64,000 bases of DNA from Chlorobiaceae bacterium. Its GTDB lineage: Bacteria; Bacteroidota; Ignavibacteria; UBA10030; SZUA-254. Below are positions 1-10,308 of the stretch, piece after piece. The position numbers and the translations under genes were made by a program. The stretch lies in assembly GCA_013824245.1 (NCBI GenBank), contig PNNN01000050.1:65150-129149 (forward strand). Reading direction: 5' to 3'. Numbering within the stretch: position 1 is the first letter of the stretch; each line of letters starts with the position of its first letter. A model generated the notes under the pieces. It had not been told where the DNA came from. It was given only the letters and a program-made list of their open reading frames with translations, and ran no database searches.

Positions 1-807
1 GCCAAAGAGTGGGAAGCCGCAATTAACCTGCACATCGGCCAAAAGGCGATGGCGACAATAAGCGACAATCCAAACCTCCTTCAGAGCATGATGCAGATTG
101 CCATCTGGCATTTTTACAAAGGGCGCGATTATTATTTTGAAAACAAAAACGGCGCGATGGTTGAGAGAATTCAATTTGATATTGAGCGAACAACGCAATT
201 GCTTCAATCTTATTCACATGAATTTTCTCGGATAGAAGCGGCAAAACTCCAAGCACAATCAACCGTCGAGTTTGGGATGCAAGTTCGTAAAGGAATTGAA
301 TCACTCGGAGATTCAGTTAAATACGGATTATCTTCGCTGGGTGAACACATTGAGCAATGCGGTGGCAGTCTTAGCAGGGCTATGCAAGCATCTTCACAAG
401 CACTCAGTCAAAATGTATCGAATGCAATGTATATCATAGCCGGATCATCAAGACTGCGAGGCAGATCGCTTGACAAGCGGATGTCTGAAGTTGGGCAATT
501 GATTCAAAAAAGCGCCCGCGAAGTTCCGGAAGAATATTTTAAACCGGTGAAAGAGTTGGGAGCAAAATTCGCGTTAACCGGCGGGAACAATTCCTCGCGT
601 GATATAACAGCAGAACCGGTTGTCCAAAAATTGGGGGCAACGGTTGCGCCAGAGTTAAATCGATCCGAAGAAAGCATGAGACATTTAGACGAACCGACAG
701 TGAAACTTACCGGCACGCTACTCGACATCCTTGTTACAAAAGGATTGGGTAAAGTTGTAGAGCAGTTACAGCAAACCGATATTCATGCCGATAAAAAATC
801 GCGTTAA
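1..807 (+). CDS. hypothetical protein, possibly 5'-truncated by the window edge
   Basis: ORF 49..807. The frame stays open back to base 1 (AKEWEAAINLHIGQKA precedes the first Met), so the gene may begin upstream of the window. No motif recognised. Confidence 0.45.
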   Translation, partial: AKEWEAAINLHIGQKAMATISDNPNLLQSMMQIAIWHFYKGRDYYFENKNGAMVERIQFDIERTTQLLQSYSHEFSRIEAAKLQAQSTVEFGMQVRKGIESLGDSVKYGLSSLGEHIEQCGGSLSRAMQASSQALSQNVSNAMYIIAGSSRLRGRSLDKRMSEVGQLIQKSAREVPEEYFKPVKELGAKFALTGGNNSSRDITAEPVVQKLGATVAPELNRSEESMRHLDEPTVKLTGTLLDILVTKGLGKVVEQLQQTDIHADKKSR

Positions 808-1279
808 AATAAGACGGATAAGGAAAGGAGACGAAAAATCTTTTCTCTCGCTTATCGATGCCCTAGCCGATTATGAAAAGCTCGAACGTCCTTCCATCGC
901 CGCACGAAAACGATTGATACAGGACGGCTTCGGTCGAAAAAAAAGATTTACAGGATATCTTGCATTCGTAAACAGAAAAGCTGTTGGTTACTCCATCATC
1001 CTCGAAACATACTCATCGTTTCTCGCCCTGCCAACATTATACCTTGAAGATATTTTTATACTTCCCGAATTCCGTTCGCAAGGCATTGGACGAAAAATGT
1101 TTAAGCTTTGCCTGAGTGAAGCAAAAAAACGCGGCTGTGGTAGAATGGAATGGGTTGTATTAGATTGGAATAAACCTGCTATCAAATTTTATGATAAGAT
1201 CGGGGCAGTTTATTTAAAAAAATGGTTAACATATAGAATTAACCACGACAATTTTAACATTACATTGAAGAAACTCTAA
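785..1279 (+). CDS. GNAT-family N-acetyltransferase
   Basis: 164 aa. Has the acetyl-CoA pocket motif RSQGIGRKMF (Q/RxxGxG/A) and a C-terminal AIKFYDKIGA typical of the GNAT fold. Start overlaps the upstream ORF by 23 nt. Confidence 0.8.
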   Translation: MPIKNRVKIRRIRKGDEKSFLSLIDALADYEKLERPSIAARKRLIQDGFGRKKRFTGYLAFVNRKAVGYSIILETYSSFLALPTLYLEDIFILPEFRSQGIGRKMFKLCLSEAKKRGCGRMEWVVLDWNKPAIKFYDKIGAVYLKKWLTYRINHDNFNITLKKL

Positions 1280-1304
1280 TCATAGTTATATCAATTATTT
1301 TACT

Positions 1305-2201
1305 TCACCTCCCATACAAACGCTTGTTTATCAAATTTGTCAGTTCTATAATCAATTCTTTTTCATTTGGCGCTACATGAATACTATGATGTTTTATCCA
1401 CTCTTTTGGTTCATTTGCGCGATCATATAACGATTGGGATGATGAGTGAGGAAAAATAAAATCAGAATCGCCGGTGATCATTATAAATAATCTGGGAGAC
1501 ACTTTATGAATGTAATTATTCGGTTCGAATGGTTCGAGTATAATAGCTCCAATCCATCCAGCAAGCCAATCGGGTATGATAACACCCATTCGCTCAGCAT
1601 TCCGCTTAAAAACAGCATAGAGATCACCGCCAGCTTGAACCACGACTAGGCGGCTTACTCGATTGTCAGTTGCAGCAATCGGAACAGCAGTAAACACACC
1701 GAAGCTGACAGCAATAAATGTTATATTCGCGGTATCAACAATGGACAAAGAGCAAAGCCAATCGAGTGCCATAACAATTTCCGATAAATTTTTAAATCCT
1801 GCATCACGAAGTTTAATCAGCGTTGTTATTCCTTCCCATCCAGAAAAATCCAGCGAACTTTTAATTGGAAAATCAATGCTAAATATTATCACACTATCAC
1901 ATTCTTCTATCAAATCAACAGCATTCCGACCGGTTTCTATTCCTACCAACATAAAAGCTAATGGATATTTATTTTTATTTTCACCTCGTGGACAGCGGAT
2001 TTTTCCACGCACACTATCTTTTTTATCGGTAAGGAAAATAACCTCCGAGGTAATAGATGTTAAAGTTGATTCAACTGCAAAAGTGTACACTTTTTTTGTA
2101 ATGATTTCTAAATTTTTGAATTGTGCATCCCCATGGAAAGAATATCCGATAGAAATTCCGATGAATAACAGCGTTAAAATATGTGACAATTTATTAAGCA
2201 T
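1305..2201 (-). CDS. secreted alpha/beta-hydrolase-fold protein (tentative)
   Basis: 298 aa. N-terminal hydrophobic signal-like segment and a nucleophile-elbow-like AVSFG. Family assignment is weak. Confidence 0.5.
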   Translation of the reverse strand: MLNKLSHILTLLFIGISIGYSFHGDAQFKNLEIITKKVYTFAVESTLTSITSEVIFLTDKKDSVRGKIRCPRGENKNKYPLAFMLVGIETGRNAVDLIEECDSVIIFSIDFPIKSSLDFSGWEGITTLIKLRDAGFKNLSEIVMALDWLCSLSIVDTANITFIAVSFGVFTAVPIAATDNRVSRLVVVQAGGDLYAVFKRNAERMGVIIPDWLAGWIGAIILEPFEPNNYIHKVSPRLFIMITGDSDFIFPHSSSQSLYDRANEPKEWIKHHSIHVAPNEKELIIELTNLINKRLYGR

Positions 2202-2302
2202 GATGAAATATAACGAGAAATTTAAAATTGGAAAAGGAACGGTTTTTCATTATCTTTTGTGGGAAAAAAATACATTATTTTAAACATATTCGCCTATTAT
2301 TT

Positions 2303-3547
2303 GTGATATTAGCTTTAATTAATATTAAGCAACTTGTTACAGTGTCTGCGCATGGCGACAGAGTAAAAACCGGTAAGACAATGCAAGACCTTGGTGTCAT
2401 CGAGAATGGCGCTGTGCTGATTGAAAACGATTCTATCCGATGGTGCGGAAGAATGGAAGAACTCTCAATGAGCAGTTTGAAGGATGCAGATGTTCTCGAT
2501 TGCATAAATCGCATCGTTCTTCCGGGGTTCGTTGATCCGCATACTCATCTCGTATTTTCAGGAAGCCGAGAAAATGAGTTCGCCATGAGAAGCACCGGAT
2601 CAAGCTATCAGGAAATCGCGTCAAAGGGTGGCGGCATATTGAATACCGTGAACAGTGTTCGCCAAACCACAAAAAAAGATTTAAAAAAATTAGCGCGAAA
2701 ATATCTCAACAAAGTATTACAGCACGGCACGACCACGATTGAAATTAAAAGCGGATACGGACTCGACGTTGACAATGAAATAAAAATTCTCGAGGTTATT
2801 ACAGAATTAAACGATGAAGAGATGATAACAATTATCTCCACGTTTTTAGGAGCACACGCCATTCCCCCTGAATTTACAGGCAACAAACAAGAGTATATTC
2901 GTTTGATAGTTGAGAAAATGATTCCATACGTTGGGAAAAAGAAACTTGCATCTTTTTGCGATGCTTTTTGCGAGAAGGGATATTTTGAACCAAACGATTG
3001 CCGAACAATTATCTCTGAAGGAATGAAAGTCGGATTACTGCCCAAACTTCATGCAGATGAATTAACAGCCGGCGGCGGGGCAGAACTTGCGGCTGAATTA
3101 GGCGCTGTTTCAGTCGACCACCTTGAACATATAAGCGACATTGGCATCCGCGCACTTGCAACAACCGGAGTGATCGCCGTTTTACTTCCCGGCGTATCGT
3201 TATTTCTGAATCATAAGTATGCACCGGCTCGCAAGATGATTGATCAGGGTGTTGTTGTAGCGCTCGCAACAGATTTTAATCCGGGATCTTGCATGTCGTA
3301 CAGTATGCCGATGATGATGACACTTGCCTGCACACAAATGCAAATGTCGCCTGAAGAAGCAATCGTTTCCTCCACGTTAAATGCGGCGGCGGCGTTGAAT
3401 CTCTCGCATTCGCTCGGCAGTATAGAGATCGGCAAGAAAGCCGATATTATTGTTCTCGACATACCGAATTATAAATTTATTCCGTATCATTTCGGTGAGA
3501 ATCATGTTTGGAGAGTTATAAAAAACGGAGTGATATTGGAATTTTAA
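2303..3547 (+). CDS. hutI: imidazolonepropionase
   Basis: Amidohydrolase motif VDPHTHLVFSGSRENEF and HADE downstream. The ORF opens at TTG 2228. The N-terminus ILALINIKQLVTV...MQDLGVIE aligns from memory with B. subtilis HutI, which favours GTG 2303. The stop at 3547 is firm. Confidence 0.88.
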   Translation: MILALINIKQLVTVSAHGDRVKTGKTMQDLGVIENGAVLIENDSIRWCGRMEELSMSSLKDADVLDCINRIVLPGFVDPHTHLVFSGSRENEFAMRSTGSSYQEIASKGGGILNTVNSVRQTTKKDLKKLARKYLNKVLQHGTTTIEIKSGYGLDVDNEIKILEVITELNDEEMITIISTFLGAHAIPPEFTGNKQEYIRLIVEKMIPYVGKKKLASFCDAFCEKGYFEPNDCRTIISEGMKVGLLPKLHADELTAGGGAELAAELGAVSVDHLEHISDIGIRALATTGVIAVLLPGVSLFLNHKYAPARKMIDQGVVVALATDFNPGSCMSYSMPMMMTLACTQMQMSPEEAIVSSTLNAAAALNLSHSLGSIEIGKKADIIVLDIPNYKFIPYHFGENHVWRVIKNGVILEF

Positions 3548-3645
3548 TAATTAATAATCGACTGAGTAAAATTATTTTATCGATTTTATTATATATCAAC
3601 ATTTAAAAACATTTTCAATCTTTCGAATATTTTAATGGATAATCT

Positions 3646-4650
3646 ATGAATAAACTTGTAGAATGTGTGCCTAACTTCAGCGAGGGACGCGATGTAAAAA
3701 TTATTGAAGCTATTTCAGACAGTATCCGCTCTGTTCAAAACGTTAAGCTACTCAGCGTAGAACCAGATAAAGATTACAATCGCACGGTTGTAACATTCGT
3801 AGGTGAACCGGAAGCTGTAAAAGAAGCGGCATTTCGTGCAACTAAAACAGCAGCAGAACTGATTGATATGACGAAACACAAGGGTGAGCATCCACGAATG
3901 GGCGCTACAGATGTTGTTCCGTTCATTCCGATAAGTGGAGTTACGATGGATGATTGTGTAAAACTTTCACACGAATTTGGAAAACGTGCAGCCAACGAAC
4001 TGCATATCCCAATCTATCTTTATGAAGAAGCTGCGCAAACTGCGGAGCGCAGAAATCTTGCCAACATCAGGAAGGGCGAGTATGAAGGATTTTCATCAAA
4101 AATATCAGACCCGCAATGGAAACCTGATTACGGCTCGGTTGTTTTCAATCCTAAATCCGGCGCAACAGTAACCGGAGCGCGCGTATTTCTAATCGCTTAT
4201 AATGTCAATCTCACCACAAACAATAAAGATATTGCTCATGAAATTGCCCTGCGAATAAGAGAAAGTGGAAGAACAATCAAAAAAGAAAATGGGGAAAGCA
4301 TTAAAATTCCCGGCTCTTTAAAAGCGGTTAAGGCAATGGGCGTAATGCTCGAGCGGTTCGACATCGCGCAGGTATCAATTAATCTGAACAACTTCAACAT
4401 CACTCCGCCTCATGTGGCATTTGAAGAGGTTCGGAAAGAAGCACAGAAATTGGGAATGAATGTAACAGGAAGTGAAGTTGTGGGACTTATACCCAAAGAA
4501 GCGCTTTTAATTGCTGGAAAATATTACACGCCAAATCATTTTTCTAATATTAAAGAAGAAGAATATATCGCGCGTGCGATTGAAGCTCTTGGATTGAGTC
4601 AGCTTGAGCGTTTTGATCCGAAGAAAAAAATTATCGAATATATGATTTAA
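3646..4650 (+). CDS. glutamate formimidoyltransferase (FTCD N-terminal type)
   Basis: 334 aa. Starts MNKLVECVPNFSEGRD, the hallmark formiminotransferase N-terminus. Confidence 0.9.
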   Translation: MNKLVECVPNFSEGRDVKIIEAISDSIRSVQNVKLLSVEPDKDYNRTVVTFVGEPEAVKEAAFRATKTAAELIDMTKHKGEHPRMGATDVVPFIPISGVTMDDCVKLSHEFGKRAANELHIPIYLYEEAAQTAERRNLANIRKGEYEGFSSKISDPQWKPDYGSVVFNPKSGATVTGARVFLIAYNVNLTTNNKDIAHEIALRIRESGRTIKKENGESIKIPGSLKAVKAMGVMLERFDIAQVSINLNNFNITPPHVAFEEVRKEAQKLGMNVTGSEVVGLIPKEALLIAGKYYTPNHFSNIKEEEYIARAIEALGLSQLERFDPKKKIIEYMI

Positions 4651-4669
4651 TACTAACTGGAGAATAATA

Positions 4670-5308
4670 ATGCTAACCGAAAAAACAGTTGTAAAATTTT
4701 TAGATGAACTTGCATCCAATTCACCGGCTCCGGGCGGAGGCAGTGTTGCCGCACTTGCAAGCGCTCTCGGCGCGGCGCTTACTTCGATGGTTGCAAACCT
4801 CACCATTGGAAAGAAAAAATATCTCGCTGTTGAAGCCGAGATGATCTCGCTCCGCTCAAAAACAGAAGAATTAAGAAAAGCATTTACCGTAACCATCGAT
4901 CAGGACACCGAAGCGTTCAATAAAGTGATGGAAGCATTCGGACTTCCGAAAGAGACAGATGATCAGAAAGCATTGCGATCTGCCGCCATACAGGAAGCAA
5001 CTAAGGAAGCAACACTCGTTCCGTTGCGGGTTATGAAATTAGTGGTTGATGCTTTGGCACTAACCAAAGTTGTTGCCGATAAAGGAAATACAAACTCGGC
5101 AAGCGATGCCGGAGTAGCGGCTTTGATGCTTCATGCCGGCGCTGAGGGTGCGGCGCTGAATGTTTATATCAATCTCAACGGCATCAATGATCAGGAATTC
5201 GTCGGATGGCATACGGATGAAGTTGCCACACTACAAAGAACGTGTAAGATGAAAACCGATGAGATACTTGCGATAGTAAACGAAAAAGTTATTAAGAAGC
5301 AGTCATAA
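4670..5308 (+). CDS. formimidoyltetrahydrofolate cyclodeaminase / cyclohydrolase-family protein
   Basis: 212 aa. Motif LASNSPAPGGGSVAALASALGAAL is typical of the FTCD C-terminal cyclodeaminase domain. Adjacent to the formiminotransferase. Confidence 0.85.
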   Translation: MLTEKTVVKFLDELASNSPAPGGGSVAALASALGAALTSMVANLTIGKKKYLAVEAEMISLRSKTEELRKAFTVTIDQDTEAFNKVMEAFGLPKETDDQKALRSAAIQEATKEATLVPLRVMKLVVDALALTKVVADKGNTNSASDAGVAALMLHAGAEGAALNVYINLNGINDQEFVGWHTDEVATLQRTCKMKTDEILAIVNEKVIKKQS

Positions 5309-5325
5309 ATTTTTGGCAAGTAACT

Positions 5326-5357
5326 AAAGGCGAGCTTAAGCTCGCCTTTCTGTTTTT
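5326..5357. terminator. bidirectional intrinsic terminator between convergent genes
   Basis: Perfect 10-bp stem AAAGGCGAGC/GCTCGCCTTT with loop TTAA. A-rich before it and CTGTTTTT after it. Lies between the + strand cyclodeaminase gene and the - strand rsmE. Confidence 0.65.
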
Positions 5358-5368
5358 AATGTATTAAG

Positions 5369-6073
5369 TCAACCAATCAATTTTGCCACCGCCACTATGG
5401 CCGCAGTTTCTGTGCGCAATCGACGCTCGCCCAGATATAAAATCGAGTAACCCGCATTTTCAGCAAGCGATATTTCTTCATCACCGAACCCGCCTTCAGG
5501 TCCAATCAATACGATTCCAGATTTTTCCGATTGTATTATAACATCGGATGATTTTGTTTTTACAATCGGATTCTCGTGAGCTATTAATTTAGTTGTATAA
5601 CTTTCTTGTTCATTGAGAAGATCATTTAAATCAATAAGTTCTTTTACTTTTGGCAGGTACGAACGTCCGCATTGCTTCATGGCGGCAAGAGCAAGTTTCT
5701 GCCAGCGATCAATTTTTGCATGAGAAGGAATTGTCCGCTCTGTTGTCAAAGGAATGATTTTCTTTACTCCCAATTCAGTAGCTTTTTCTACCAAATAATC
5801 AAATTTTGAAGGGTTTTTAAGAATCCCAACCGCAATAGTTAGATCAATGGCTGGTTCATTATGCTGCTGATATGTCTGAAGTATAGCTCCATGAGCTGTC
5901 TTCTTTTTTATTTCCGTAAGCTGGACATCATACGCCGTTCCAAGTCCATCCACTACACGAATTATATCATCGGTGTTCTTTCTCATCACATGTGTGAGGT
6001 GAGCAAATTCATCACCGTCAATTACTACTTCTTTGGCAGAGATGTTTTTAGGTGGAGAATAGAAATAATCCAT
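5369..6073 (-). CDS. rsmE: 16S rRNA (uracil1498-N3)-methyltransferase
   Basis: 234 aa. RsmE architecture with LIGPEGGFGDEEI near the C-terminus. Confidence 0.85.
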   Translation of the reverse strand: MDYFYSPPKNISAKEVVIDGDEFAHLTHVMRKNTDDIIRVVDGLGTAYDVQLTEIKKKTAHGAILQTYQQHNEPAIDLTIAVGILKNPSKFDYLVEKATELGVKKIIPLTTERTIPSHAKIDRWQKLALAAMKQCGRSYLPKVKELIDLNDLLNEQESYTTKLIAHENPIVKTKSSDVIIQSEKSGIVLIGPEGGFGDEEISLAENAGYSILYLGERRLRTETAAIVAVAKLIG

Positions 6074-6132
6074 AAGTCAAGTCAAAATTAAAATAATGAG
6101 TTTTTGAAAAGGTAAGATTTTAGCGGGCGATA

Positions 6133-7506
6133 TCAAAATGAGGAACCGAGATCGAAAATAAACTCGCCGCGGCGCGATTCATTCCATGCGTAATCCGTGC
6201 GCAACACCATGCTGTATGGAAGAAGAAAATGCAAACCCACTCCATAACCACGTTTAAAATTATTAAGCGCAAATTTTTCGTTACGAAACCAGACTGTACC
6301 TGCATCGCCAAAAGCCGCGGCAACCATTCCAAACTTAAGTATGCTGAATTCAGGTGGAAGAAATTTCATCTGTACGAATACCGGCTCGAATAATTGATAA
6401 TGCAGTTCGGTTGAAAGTCCGAAAAGATTTTCTCCTTCTGTAACTTCTCTAAAATGTCCGCGGATGCGTTCGGTATATCCAAAGTACACACGGTTATAGC
6501 TTGGTGTGCTGCTGCCTGCAACAAAATTTGTAAACAGTCTGCCACTTAAAATAATATCTGATGTAAGCGGAACAAATTGCCGAATATCGGTCGCGTATCT
6601 AACGATATCTAAATCGGACGAAGGCAGTCCGTATTTTGTGATCGCAAACCGTGCGAATGAACCGTTCGACGGATATTCAATAAGATCGCGTGTATCGAAA
6701 GTGTAACTTGCCCCCAGAAATGGGAACCGATCGATGCCACTTTCAGAGATAGTTCTACCCGATTTAAATTCAGAAACACCGACATATTCAAATCCACCGG
6801 CGAACCAAAGCATATGGTGAACACCGAACCGCTTGCCCAATCCTATTGTTGTGTAGATGTGTTGTTCGGTAAAATTGTTTTCAGATGTTTGCGCGGTAAC
6901 GCTTTTGTTCTTGACTTTACTGTAAGCGATTTTCGCGTCAAACGAATAAGAACCATCAGTGCTTAAAAAAGGATTCCGATACCAGATTTCTCCCGACGGA
7001 TCATAACCAAATACAAACATTGCATATAATTTTTCGTTCCTTCCCCGGAAATTTGAATGTAGAAGTCCGGCGCCGTAGTAAAGTTTTTTCCAATCTCTGT
7101 CTTTTATGCCAATAACAGGAAATGGAAAAACAAACCAGCGCTCACTTACTTCGATAAGAAGATTTACTTTATTTTCAGTGGTCGGTTGAACGTAAATAGA
7201 CACTTGATTGAATAAACCGAGACTGTATATCCGGCTCTGATCGTATTGCAGTAACTTTTTTGTAATTAACGAACCGGGTTGCAACGACATTTCACGCATA
7301 ATGACAAAATCTTTCGTTGCCACATTTCCAACAATCATTATGGCATCTACAACATATAACGAATCTGATAATATTGTTGAAGAATCTTGAACGGCAAACG
7401 ACGGTTCTGCATTTGCGGGAAGAAGAAAATATTGAACGATGAAAAGGAAATAGAGAATAATCTTCACGGTGGGAGATTTATTGTTGCATAAGAATTTGGT
7501 ATTCAA
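6133..7506 (-). CDS. Omp85/BamA-family outer-membrane beta-barrel protein
   Basis: 457 aa. Signal peptide, one POTRA-like segment, alternating beta-strand pattern, C-terminal ...FDLGSSF ending in an aromatic residue. An alternative GTG start at 7467 would remove the overlap with the upstream gene. Confidence 0.7.
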   Translation of the reverse strand: MNTKFLCNNKSPTVKIILYFLFIVQYFLLPANAEPSFAVQDSSTILSDSLYVVDAIMIVGNVATKDFVIMREMSLQPGSLITKKLLQYDQSRIYSLGLFNQVSIYVQPTTENKVNLLIEVSERWFVFPFPVIGIKDRDWKKLYYGAGLLHSNFRGRNEKLYAMFVFGYDPSGEIWYRNPFLSTDGSYSFDAKIAYSKVKNKSVTAQTSENNFTEQHIYTTIGLGKRFGVHHMLWFAGGFEYVGVSEFKSGRTISESGIDRFPFLGASYTFDTRDLIEYPSNGSFARFAITKYGLPSSDLDIVRYATDIRQFVPLTSDIILSGRLFTNFVAGSSTPSYNRVYFGYTERIRGHFREVTEGENLFGLSTELHYQLFEPVFVQMKFLPPEFSILKFGMVAAAFGDAGTVWFRNEKFALNNFKRGYGVGLHFLLPYSMVLRTDYAWNESRRGEFIFDLGSSF

Positions 7507-7891
7507 CTTTTATGCACTTGTTCATTATTACGTTAATTCCTGCGCGTTCTGCAAGAGATGCCGCTTCTTCATTGACAACACCCAACTGCATCCATATTGC
7601 AGGAGCGCCAATCAGCATCGCATCCTGAACAATCGGAAGAATTTCATCAGAGCGCCGGAAGATGTCGACTATATCAACCTGCTCTTCCAATTGACGAAGA
7701 TCAGGGAAACATTTCTTTCCTAAAATTTCATTATATGCCGGATTAACCGGTATTACATTATATCCGGCTTCCATAAGGAATCTCATAATATGAAAACTAT
7801 CGCGCGACGGTTTAACGGATGCGCCAACGATCGCGATGGTTTTCGCCTCCTGAAGTATTTTTTTAATTGTTGAGCTTTGGGGATTCATCAT
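7478..7891 (-). CDS. CoA-binding domain protein (YccU-like)
   Basis: Motif TIAIVGASVKPSRDSF and overall size fit the CoA-binding family. The longest ORF reaches 7942, but Met codons at 7891/7888 limit the overlap with rnc. Confidence 0.72.
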   Translation of the reverse strand: MMNPQSSTIKKILQEAKTIAIVGASVKPSRDSFHIMRFLMEAGYNVIPVNPAYNEILGKKCFPDLRQLEEQVDIVDIFRRSDEILPIVQDAMLIGAPAIWMQLGVVNEEAASLAERAGINVIMNKCIKVEYQILMQQ

Positions 7892-8663
7892 CAGCCCGCC
7901 TTTCATTAAGGATGAGATTTTGTAGCGCGTTTGCTGCGGCATCTTGTTCAGCCGCTTTTTTATTTTTTCCCTTTCCCGAACCGTAAGAATGTTTTCCTAT
8001 AAACACCTCCACCGTAAAAAGCCGATCATGATCGGGTCCGGTCTCGGTGATTGTAACGTATCGCGGATTACCAAGACCTACACTTTGAGATTGCTCTAAC
8101 AATTGGCTTTTAAAGTTTTCATCATCGAGCTTAATCAAATCTTTCTCTAAAGAGCGCATCAGGCAATAATGAATAAATTTTTCTGCTTTACTGAAACCAC
8201 CATCAAGATAAATTGCGGCGATTATAGCTTCGAAAGCATCGGAAAGTATTGTCTCCATACCTCTTATAGAGACCTGAAGTGCGCTCGGACTAAGCAGTAG
8301 AAATTTAGGTAGATCAATTTCTTTCGCAAGAATGCTCAATGCGTGACGGTTAACCAGCCGTGATCTAATTTTTGTCAATTCTCCCTCTTCGGCTTCAGGA
8401 TGCTTGTTGAAAAGATACTGACCAACCACGAGATTTAACACAGAGTCACCCAGGAATTCCAATCGCTCGTTTGTTGGTAAATCTTCTTTGCCGCTCACTT
8501 GCAAGTAGGAACGATGGGATAATGCTTCTATGAAAAAATATTTATTACGAATTGAATAATGGAGAACTTTTTCCAATTCAGAATAATTTATTTTTTCAGA
8601 GATCGGCTTATCGGCGCCTCTGCCTATAAATAAGCGTGAAAGAAATCGGCGCAAGACTTCCAT
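7863..8663 (-). CDS. rnc: ribonuclease III
   Basis: 266 aa. RNase III signature ERLEFLGDSVLN and a C-terminal dsRBD with KNKKAAEQDAAANAL. Confidence 0.92.
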   Translation of the reverse strand: MEVLRRFLSRLFIGRGADKPISEKINYSELEKVLHYSIRNKYFFIEALSHRSYLQVSGKEDLPTNERLEFLGDSVLNLVVGQYLFNKHPEAEEGELTKIRSRLVNRHALSILAKEIDLPKFLLLSPSALQVSIRGMETILSDAFEAIIAAIYLDGGFSKAEKFIHYCLMRSLEKDLIKLDDENFKSQLLEQSQSVGLGNPRYVTITETGPDHDRLFTVEVFIGKHSYGSGKGKNKKAAEQDAAANALQNLILNERRADDESPKLNN

Positions 8664-8677
8664 TTGAAAATATTAAT

Positions 8678-9940
8678 CTATTGGCGGAATTTTTTAAACA
8701 ACAATGTAGCATTATGCCCGCCGAATCCGAAAGTATTGCTTATTGCGACATTGATTTCTTTCTTGATAGATTTATTCGGAACATAGTTTAAATCGCATTC
8801 CGGATCGGGAAATTCGTAATTGATTGTCGGTGGAATTGTATCGTTTATCATCGCCATTATCGTAATGATTGCTTCAATAGCACCTGCCGCTCCGAGAAGA
8901 TGACCCGTCATTGATTTTGTGGAACTTACGTGCAGCTTATACGCGTGTTCTCCGAATACAGTTTTTATTGCTTGTGTTTCCGACTTATCATTAAACTCCG
9001 TCGAAGTTCCGTGCGCGTTGATATAATCGACATCTTCAGGTTGCACGCCTGCATCTTGAAGTGATATACGCATAGAGCGCACAGCGCCTTCGCCACCCGG
9101 TGCCGGAGCGGTAATGTGGTGTGCATCGGCTGTGAGACCAACACCGCCTACTTCCGCATAAATCCTGGCGTTGCGCTTGAGAGCATGTTCCAATTCTTCA
9201 AGAATGAGAATTCCCCCTCCTTCGCCCATGATGAATCCATCTCGTTGAGCATCGAATGGTCGGCTCGCTTTTTCGGGTGCATCGTTACGAGTTGACAATG
9301 CTTTCATTGCATTGAAACCACCAACTCCCATCGGTGTGATTGCTGCTTCGGATCCGCCTGTAACCATCACATCTGCATTCCCCCTCTGTATAAGCATGAA
9401 CGAATCTGAGATGGCGTGCGATGCTGTTGCACATGCCGAGGTTGTAGCATAATTGGGACCTCGGAGTTTATAACGCATAGATATATGGCCAGCCGCAATA
9501 TCCGCGATCATCATAGGAACAAAGAATGGACTGATTCGTTGTGGACCGCCACCGTGATAATAAACTTCCATCTGCTGATGCCAAGTCAACATACCACCTA
9601 TGCCGGAACCGAACACGACTCCAATTCTATCGCGATCGGTCTTATCGAGATCAAGCCCTGAATCTTTTATCGCCATACCGGCACAAGCCATAGCGTACCG
9701 TGCAAACGGATCCATCCGATTTGACTCCTTACGTTCGAGATAGTTTAGCGGATCGAATCCTTTCAACTCTGCAGCAATTTTTGTGTCATATTGGGCAGCA
9801 TCAAAATAGGTGATCATACCGACACCTCCCTGAGCTTCCATGGCGTTCTTCCAAAATTCTGCCACCGTCAGACCGATCGGTGTAACTGCACCCATCCCGG
9901 TAACGACTACTCTTCGTTGCATTTTGTTATTTCCGTTCAT
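8678..9940 (-). CDS. fabF: 3-oxoacyl-ACP synthase II
   Basis: 420 aa. Active-site region TTSACATASHAI, then HGTSTEFND and GHLLGAAG. Confidence 0.95.
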   Translation of the reverse strand: MNGNNKMQRRVVVTGMGAVTPIGLTVAEFWKNAMEAQGGVGMITYFDAAQYDTKIAAELKGFDPLNYLERKESNRMDPFARYAMACAGMAIKDSGLDLDKTDRDRIGVVFGSGIGGMLTWHQQMEVYYHGGGPQRISPFFVPMMIADIAAGHISMRYKLRGPNYATTSACATASHAISDSFMLIQRGNADVMVTGGSEAAITPMGVGGFNAMKALSTRNDAPEKASRPFDAQRDGFIMGEGGGILILEELEHALKRNARIYAEVGGVGLTADAHHITAPAPGGEGAVRSMRISLQDAGVQPEDVDYINAHGTSTEFNDKSETQAIKTVFGEHAYKLHVSSTKSMTGHLLGAAGAIEAIITIMAMINDTIPPTINYEFPDPECDLNYVPNKSIKKEINVAISNTFGFGGHNATLLFKKFRQ

Positions 9941-10012
9941 ATACGCTCCGTATAATGATTTATTGTTCGGAATAAATGTTCCGAATCAGCAATCTTATAT
10001 TGCGATGATCAG

Positions 10013-10249
10013 TTACTTTGCTTTTGCTGAAATGTAATTTATTGCGTCTCCGACAGTTGAAATTTTTTCAGCATCTTCGTCAGGTATTTGAAGATTGAAT
10101 GCTTTTTCGAATTCCATTACCAATTCGACAGTGTCGAGAGAGTCGGCTCCAAGATCGTTCGTGAACGATGCTGACGGCGTAACCTGTGATGCTTCTACGC
10201 CTAATTTGTTCATGATAATCTCTTTCACTTTTGCTTCTACATCTGCCAT
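10013..10249 (-). CDS. acpP: acyl carrier protein
   Basis: 78 aa with the phosphopantetheine site [12 protein letters not shown]. Confidence 0.96.
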   Translation of the reverse strand: MADVEAKVKEIIMNKLGVEASQVTPSASFTNDLGADSLDTVELVMEFEKAFNLQIPDEDAEKISTVGDAINYISAKAK

Positions 10250-10308
10250 GTGAATTACTCCTTTTTATTATTAATGATTGTTGATTGTATTACTTATAAA
10301 ATACTTTT

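Noticed and set aside
2228-2302. TTG-initiated 25-codon extension of hutI
   Set aside because: It would leave only 26 bp to the divergent upstream gene. The HutI N-terminal alignment (from memory) begins around ILALINIKQL, which fits GTG 2303. Kept as an alternative start only.
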